A stretch of 10,384 bases of DNA, taken from IMG/VR virus record IMGVR_UViG_3300035670_013237, positions 150,001 through 160,384 of that record; one strand, given 5' to 3'. The notes below the pieces were generated by a model. That model was not told where the DNA came from and did not search any database. It was given only the letters and a program-made list of their open reading frames with translations. This DNA is from a virus. The position numbers and the translations under genes were made by a program. Below, piece after piece: positions 5,935-10,384 of this stretch. Position 1 is the first letter of the stretch, and every line of letters starts with the position of its first letter.

Positions 5935-5990
5935 GACAATTCTCCGAAATTTGTACAAGAAAAGTCAGTGCTGTCGTTCTTTGCAATCAT
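5928..5990 (-). pseudogene. more decayed truncated copy (20 codons) of the 5' end of the MIAKNN gene
   Basis: Hand translation gives MIAKNDSTDFSCTNFGELSW*. It retains MIAKN..TDF...NF as in the 4967-5050 copy. Its ATG overlaps the TGA of the 5987-6925 gene (ATGA), and its stop overlaps the start of paralog 1. Confidence 0.4.
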
Positions 5991-6925
5991 GATAAATGTC
6001 CAGGGTTTGTGGATACTCCGGCTAAGCTATACCTTGCGGTTCCAAGACTCCCACCAGCTGCGACGGTGTTGGACGAGTAGGTGTAAACTTGGCTAGCTGA
6101 TTGATACGCGAATGATGAATTCAAGCCGCCGATGAAAACCGCAACAGATGAATTCCCAAACCCTGCATGAGCATTCACGGCATTTGTGAGAGCGGTCGCC
6201 GATGACCAAGCATTTGTCGAGAACGTGTATTTTTCACTCGTCGAAATGACTGACCCAGTATATCCGCCAGTAATCAAGCCGAAGCTATTATTTCCAGCAC
6301 TTGCCATGTTATATTTTCCGGTCGACAATGCTGTTGCCGATGTTACAGCGCCGTCGGAAAACTGATACTTGTTGTGTGTGGTGAAGTATACTGTGTCAGT
6401 ACCTCCGCCGGCGAAAAAGCCATGAGTTTGTGATGCGAATCCAGCCATAGCGCGTCGAGCAGTTCCTGTCAGGCTTGTTGCTGATGTGACCGAGTCAGTG
6501 TTATATGTGTATGACTCCGCTATCAGCGTATTGACGCTACTAAAAGTAGTGGTGCCACCTGCAAAATATGCCTTTTCGGAATTTCCTGCTGACACCAGAT
6601 ATGCTCGTGCGGTCGAAAGAGACGTCACAGACGAGACAGCGGATGTGGTATATGTAAATTTTTCAGAGGAAGAAACGACCGCCACTGATGATGGAGGCGA
6701 ACCAGCAGGCACTCCGCCTCCGGCTATTATTGCAAAAGAGAAATTCCCTGCAGATGCTGCGCCTTCCCTGCCAGTTGAAAGACTCGTGCTCGCCGTTCGT
6801 GAGTTGTTGGAGAATTGGTACTTATCGACATTGTTGAACACGACGTAACCGAAATTTGCGCCTGCTATGCACAGGCCGAAATTGTTCTGTGGCTGCCTCG
6901 CCAATAACCATCGCAACATCACCAT
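5987..6925 (-). CDS. six-repeat Kelch-like beta-propeller protein, paralog 2 (312 aa)
   Basis: Same six-repeat architecture and same N-terminal peptide (MVMLRWLLARQP) as 5047-5934. It starts 7 nt after the fibre gene stop. Confidence 0.8.
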   Translation of the reverse strand: MVMLRWLLARQPQNNFGLCIAGANFGYVVFNNVDKYQFSNNSRTASTSLSTGREGAASAGNFSFAIIAGGGVPAGSPPSSVAVVSSSEKFTYTTSAVSSVTSLSTARAYLVSAGNSEKAYFAGGTTTFSSVNTLIAESYTYNTDSVTSATSLTGTARRAMAGFASQTHGFFAGGGTDTVYFTTHNKYQFSDGAVTSATALSTGKYNMASAGNNSFGLITGGYTGSVISTSEKYTFSTNAWSSATALTNAVNAHAGFGNSSVAVFIGGLNSSFAYQSASQVYTYSSNTVAAGGSLGTARYSLAGVSTNPGHLS

Positions 6926-6932
6926 AGCCGGC

Positions 6933-9440
6933 TCACTTGCTGTCCGTCATGAGTGTGACTCCTCGCCATGTTGTTCCTCCGTCGTCTGTGACGAATGAGA
7001 GGACGTCCACACCCGACGCAGTTAGAGTTGGTGCTGTGCCGCCCGGCCATTTAACTGATAAGGGCCACTGTTGCACGCCCGTGCCACCATTCGTTAATTC
7101 CAGTGTAACCACCACCGCACCTGACGCAGGAACATTGGAGAAAGTCCACGTTAATCCACCAGATGCGGTCTTTGTGAAGTACCGTGCGTTGTTAGAGAGA
7201 TCCATGTCAGAAGCGCTCACGGCATTGACTGACATGTCGACATTGGCGGTGATAGTCACAGCACCATTGGAACCTGTGGAAGTTATTATATTAGGCCCAG
7301 CAATAAGATAAGGTGTGTTGTCAAACAACCTAGTCAGAGATCCTGTTATACCTGTCGCTGATTTGATTGTTCCACTGACAGTAACATCACCAGTGAATAG
7401 AGATTTTTCAGTGCTCTGGCCTATCGCACCGCTGACAAAGAAGAACGTATCGGACTTGAGTGAACCGGAACCGACTAAGACAGCACTTTGATTGACAAGG
7501 AAGATGTCACTCCTGTCTGCATCTAAATCGCCCGTTCCATTTCCCACTATAAATAATGAATCAGTATTGTCGCGCTTGTTGTACTGCCCAACCGTATTCT
7601 GGCCCGATCCTGATGCAATGGTTCCTATACCTGCAGCGTGTGAATACCAGCCAAATGCTTCGCACGCTTGGCCTTCGGCATGCGAATATGCGCCCCATGT
7701 GTGTGTGTTGAGACCCTCTGCATGGGAATATTCTGCGCCCGCATGTGTATATGCTGTTGCACCCTCTGCATGGGAATAGTCTGCATCTGCGATTGTACCA
7801 TTCCCCTCAGCATGGGAGCTGTATGCATTCGCTTGTGTGTTGAAGCCCTCTGCATGTGAATATTCACCTGCAGCGAGAGCACCATTCCCCTCAGCATGCG
7901 CGCCTGTATCAGTCGCTTGTGTGTTACGGCCTTCGGCATGCGATGCAAGCCCCGTTGCTGCTGCCTCATATCCTTCGGCATGTGAGTGGTCACCCCCAGC
8001 CGAGGTAAGAAGCCCTTCCGCATGTGCGCCCAACCCTGATGCTGTCGGTCCGCCGAGTCCTAAGCTATCATTTCTCGCACCCTCAGCATGTGAATAATCA
8101 CCAGACGCAGTTGTGTCATAGCCCTCAGCATGTGAATAATCGCCAGACGCAGTCGTAGAAATACCCTCAGAATGTGCGCCTATGACAGATGCTTGTGTAG
8201 CCTGTCCCTCTGCATGGGAATAATCACCTGACGCTGACGTTCCAATTCCTTCAGCGTGCGATCCCACGCCAGATGCTGTAGGGCCATTTAAAAGTAGTGT
8301 GACAAGATCTCCTGCACCTTCGGCATGTGAATACTGCCCGCTCGCTGTCGTATTGTAGCCTTCAGCATGTGAGTGCAGGCCTGACGTTATAGTCTGATAT
8401 CCTTCTGTGTGTGAGCCTTCGCCTTGCGCATCCGTGCTGACACCCTCAGCATGCGACCACTTTCCAGTAGATGTGGTGTTACTCCCCTCAGCATGAGAAG
8501 ATTCTCCCACTGACGTGGTATTATCACCTTCAGCATGTGACCATTCTCCCTCCGCTGTTGTCTGATAGCCCTCTGTATGAGCACCTGTGGCAAGGCCATC
8601 CACGCTGGTTTCTTGGCCCTCTGCATGCGAGTAATTTGCTAAAGCTATTGACTGGTAGCCTTCAGCATGTGCCCCCACACCCTCGACCTGTGTTTCATAA
8701 CCCTCAGCATGCGAATAATCGCCATTTGGTGACGTGTATGTGCTATAGCCTTCAGCATGTGAACCCTCTCCAAGTGTTTGAGTGCTCACGCCTTCTGCAT
8801 GCGACCATTTTTCTGTAGAAGTAGTACTATTTCCTTCAGCATGAGAGGATTCGCCTGTTGCGATGGTGTTATCACCTTCTGCATGCGAATACATGCCTGT
8901 GGCTGTCGTCCCATAACCTTCAGCATGTGAATAATTTCCATCTGCACTTGTAGTAGAACCCTCAGCATGTGTACCAATTGTTGATGCCTCAGTATTGAAC
9001 CCTTCAGCATGTGAATAATCTCCAACTGCTAGGCAGCCGCTGCCTTCAGCATGTGAATAAACGCCTGTTGCTCTTGCTTCAAATCCGTTTTCTAGAGACC
9101 CTGTCAAATAAACCGTGTCATTTGCGAATGTAAAGTTTGCTGATCCCCCAAATGCCCCTGACCCACCATTATATTGCACACTTGTGTCTGGGCTTGCGGG
9201 CAGGCCAGTGCCACCAGCAGCTTCAATAGTAATTGATCCGTCTATCTCTTCTGTGAGTGTGATGTTCGGGCCTGCATTTAGGTCGACTGACAAGGTCACA
9301 TCTCCCTCTGTGCCCCCTCCTGTGAGACCAGTGCCTGCTATCACAGCCGTGATGTCACCGCCCACCGCCTGCAGCACAGGCACTGCGCGGTAAAAAGAAT
9401 AGGTCTTCCTAAAGCGATTTTTATCAATTTTCTTCACCAT
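6933..9440 (-). CDS. tail fibre / adhesin with YadA-head-like (Hep_Hag, left-handed beta-roll type) repeat array, 835 aa
   Basis: N-terminal fibre-like motifs are present (AGTGLTGGGTEGDVTL, SVQYNGGSGAFGGSANFTF). There are 33 copies of the [YWS]SHAEG core, about 14 aa apart. The array closes with NTVGQYN...LFIVGNGTG, as is typical after such repeats. A 230-aa non-repeat C-terminus follows. Confidence 0.9.
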   Translation of the reverse strand: MVKKIDKNRFRKTYSFYRAVPVLQAVGGDITAVIAGTGLTGGGTEGDVTLSVDLNAGPNITLTEEIDGSITIEAAGGTGLPASPDTSVQYNGGSGAFGGSANFTFANDTVYLTGSLENGFEARATGVYSHAEGSGCLAVGDYSHAEGFNTEASTIGTHAEGSTTSADGNYSHAEGYGTTATGMYSHAEGDNTIATGESSHAEGNSTTSTEKWSHAEGVSTQTLGEGSHAEGYSTYTSPNGDYSHAEGYETQVEGVGAHAEGYQSIALANYSHAEGQETSVDGLATGAHTEGYQTTAEGEWSHAEGDNTTSVGESSHAEGSNTTSTGKWSHAEGVSTDAQGEGSHTEGYQTITSGLHSHAEGYNTTASGQYSHAEGAGDLVTLLLNGPTASGVGSHAEGIGTSASGDYSHAEGQATQASVIGAHSEGISTTASGDYSHAEGYDTTASGDYSHAEGARNDSLGLGGPTASGLGAHAEGLLTSAGGDHSHAEGYEAAATGLASHAEGRNTQATDTGAHAEGNGALAAGEYSHAEGFNTQANAYSSHAEGNGTIADADYSHAEGATAYTHAGAEYSHAEGLNTHTWGAYSHAEGQACEAFGWYSHAAGIGTIASGSGQNTVGQYNKRDNTDSLFIVGNGTGDLDADRSDIFLVNQSAVLVGSGSLKSDTFFFVSGAIGQSTEKSLFTGDVTVSGTIKSATGITGSLTRLFDNTPYLIAGPNIITSTGSNGAVTITANVDMSVNAVSASDMDLSNNARYFTKTASGGLTWTFSNVPASGAVVVTLELTNGGTGVQQWPLSVKWPGGTAPTLTASGVDVLSFVTDDGGTTWRGVTLMTDSK
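7626..9059 (-). repeat. in-frame 42-nt (14-aa) coding repeat array, 33 units (x-x-S-H-A-E-G-x-x-T-x-A-x-G)
   Basis: I counted 33 H[AST][EA]G cores between aa 128 and 605. Most are 14 aa apart, some are 15-17 aa apart, and two units are expanded to 23 aa and contain GPTASG[VL]G. On the plus strand the repeat appears as recurring CCTTCAGCATGTGAATA-type strings. Confidence 0.9.
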
Positions 9441-9509
9441 CGTGCAGCCCCTATACGATCAAAACTTAGCCATACGTATTCCTCGAGTGATCCAATCAGC
9501 GCGTGAAGT

Positions 9510-9515
9510 TATAAT
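9510..9515 (+). promoter_or_regulatory. consensus -10 hexamer TATAAT upstream of the 9525 gene
   Basis: Perfect TATAAT ends 9 nt before ATG 9525, which would give a nearly leaderless mRNA. The -35 is poor (GTGATC with a 17-bp spacer). Confidence 0.3.
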
Positions 9516-9524
9516 TTCCATCTC

Positions 9525-9749
9525 ATGGAAGAAAAAAATAAAACAGCAACTTGGCTCACGAGTCTCATTGCAGCAATCATTGTCTTTACACTCATAGCTT
9601 TCATTTTCCACCAAACATGGAATGTGGCGCTTGTCCCCGCGCTCGAACTCAAAAATCAGATCAACTTTGAGCAGGCATGCTGGTTGACAATGTCACTTTT
9701 TATGCTGGGTGCCATTCAACGCCTCTACACAGTCAAGCATAAAGAATAA
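9525..9749 (+). CDS. small membrane protein with two predicted TM helices (74 aa)
   Basis: The hydrophobic segments are WLTSLIAAIIVFTLIAFIF and ACWLTMSLFMLGAI, with a charged C-terminal end (KHKE). Holin-like topology, but no lysin is seen nearby, so no holin call is made. Confidence 0.6.
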   Translation: MEEKNKTATWLTSLIAAIIVFTLIAFIFHQTWNVALVPALELKNQINFEQACWLTMSLFMLGAIQRLYTVKHKE

Positions 9750-9756
9750 TTATTTT

Positions 9757-9993
9757 GTGAAATTTGCAGTCGGTGACATGGTCATGCTTTCGCCTATTGC
9801 GGGCAAGAAAGTTGATTTGACCATGTCGCCTTCGCATTTAATGTCTGTGGGTGATCCAGGGGGTAACCACCTCTCCTCAAAAGACGTCGGTGTGATCATC
9901 ACCATTGATCGAACAGACGGACGCAATGCTTATGTGCTGGGGCCGAATGGATGTGGGTGGGTTCCAGGCGCTTTTTTAGTCCGCGTTCGCTGA
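9757..9993 (+). CDS. hypothetical small beta-barrel (SH3/KOW-like) protein; start uncertain (GTG 9757 or ATG 9778)
   Basis: The ORF-track start (GTG 9709) overlaps the previous gene by 41 nt. The first in-frame starts after stop 9749 are GTG 9757 and ATG 9778. The patterns VGDMVML...DVGVIITIDR...AYVLGPNGCGWVPGAFLVRV are beta-rich and SH3-like. No clear SD. Confidence 0.5.
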   Translation: MKFAVGDMVMLSPIAGKKVDLTMSPSHLMSVGDPGGNHLSSKDVGVIITIDRTDGRNAYVLGPNGCGWVPGAFLVRVR

Positions 9994-10021
9994 ATGCATC
10001 TGGCACGCATACTTATTCTCC

Positions 10022-10384
10022 ATGAAGATCAAGATTTCAGAGCTGCGTCAAATCATCCGTGATGTCGTCAATGAGTGCTATGGGTGGCCCGTCGAGAAAG
10101 AGGAATCTCTTTACGGTGTGCCCAACAAAATGGGTGCTATGAACCCGGCGGATCCAAAGAACAAAGCGCTCAAATTCCCCAAGGGCCCTAACTCACGGGG
10201 CAGCATGAACGAATCATTCCAGAGAATCACACCACGTGAGCTGGCAGCCTGGAGCATGGGCAACTACGAACCCATCAACGAGGCTGAAGTCACACAAGAC
10301 CCCTGCGATGAGTGCGGCATGATGGTCGATTCCCACACACTCACTGAAAAAGATGGAGTGCATGTCTGCGAGAAGTGCTGCTAA
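10022..10384 (+). CDS. hypothetical protein with C-terminal CxxC...CxxC(C) zinc ribbon (120 aa)
   Basis: ATG start and TAA stop at 10382-10384. The C-terminal CDECGMMVDSHTLTEKDGVHVCEKCC (nt 10304-10381) is a four-Cys zinc-ribbon pattern. Confidence 0.6.
   Translation: MKIKISELRQIIRDVVNECYGWPVEKEESLYGVPNKMGAMNPADPKNKALKFPKGPNSRGSMNESFQRITPRELAAWSMGNYEPINEAEVTQDPCDECGMMVDSHTLTEKDGVHVCEKCC

Noticed and set aside
5935-5958. ORF-track N-terminal extensions that start at non-ATG codons (TTG 5958 for paralog 1, TTG 1640 for the ligase, GTG 9709) or upstream of the SD-supported start (ATG 288).
   Set aside because: Better-supported internal starts exist: paralog N-terminus identity and GGAG for 5934, TAAGG for 1646, TAAGGAGG for 360, and avoidance of a 41-nt overlap for 9757/9778.
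5115-6848. Plus-strand ORFs 5115-5459, 5693-5992 and 6486-6848 opposite the propeller genes.
   Set aside because: They are antisense reading of Gly/Ser/Thr/Ala-rich repeats. They show no repeat-consistent protein pattern and no translation signals.
6869-6925. The hydrophobic N-terminus MVMLRWLLARQPQNNFGLC of paralog 2 could be a signal peptide or lipobox.
   Set aside because: The hydrophobic stretch is too short. FGLC violates the lipobox -1 rule (G/A/S). Paralog 1 has no Cys at that position. A docking peptide is the more consistent reading.
7626-9059. Regular 42-nt periodicity could superficially look like a CRISPR array or satellite.
   Set aside because: The units are degenerate, contiguous with no repeat/spacer alternation, and fully in frame within a long ORF encoding a recognisable protein repeat.
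6937-9393. Many long plus-strand ORFs (6937-7311, 7492-7779, 7668-7859, 7837-8097, 8471-8818, 9115-9393) and off-frame minus-strand ORFs (7625-8023, 8387-8626, 8786-9025) inside the fibre gene.
   Set aside because: Their translations are low-complexity (Cys/Pro/Ser/Ala-rich or His/Met/Arg/Gln-rich) echoes of the 42-nt repeat read in the wrong frame or strand. They have no SDs. The 835-aa frame explains the whole region.
3628-9489. 9-bp direct repeat CCTCGAGTG at 3628-3636 and 9481-9489, roughly bracketing the inverted module. Possible att-like or target-site duplication.
   Set aside because: The left copy lies inside the 83-aa ORF rather than at the module edge. Only 9 bp match. My rough estimate of a chance match between the two junction regions is about 0.1. 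No integrase or recombinase is present.
1-10384. Diversity-generating retroelement, shufflon/invertase switch or phase-variable tracts driving fibre variation.
   Set aside because: No reverse transcriptase, template repeat, invertase or inverted crossover sites are visible. Homopolymers are short (A7 at 335-341 and 9532-9538, T7 at 142-148) and not positioned convincingly. These elements may lie outside the window.

Overview
This window reads as a tailed-phage or prophage segment. Genes are densely packed, several have Shine-Dalgarno sites, and several stop/start junctions are ATGA overlaps. There are three strand blocks.

(1) 1-3329, plus strand: small early or replication-type genes. These include a membrane-anchored coiled-coil protein, a small HTH protein, a protein with a DnaJ-type CxxCxGxG zinc motif, a clear ATP-dependent DNA ligase and a small beta-rich protein.

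(2) 3605-9440, minus strand: a host-recognition module.
- An 835-aa fibre or adhesin with 33 YadA-head-like 'SHAEG' repeats.
- Two tandem, diverged paralogs, each built from six Kelch-like repeats. They share a nearly identical 5' end.
- Two decayed 5' fragments of the downstream gene, one after each paralog.
- An intact 208-aa coiled-coil gene, a tail-fibre-assembly/chaperone-like gene and an 83-aa ORF.

(3) 9525-10384, plus strand: small genes, namely a 2-TM membrane protein, an SH3/KOW-like protein and a zinc-ribbon protein.

The most interesting signal is the cassette-like array: propeller gene plus a stub of the next gene, repeated twice behind the fibre gene and bracketed by conserved junction sequences. 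I read this as an accreting, exchangeable receptor-binding cassette system.

All product calls come from motif recognition by eye. No database search, structure prediction or statistics were run. No rRNA, tRNA, CRISPR array, integrase, transposase or reverse transcriptase is visible.
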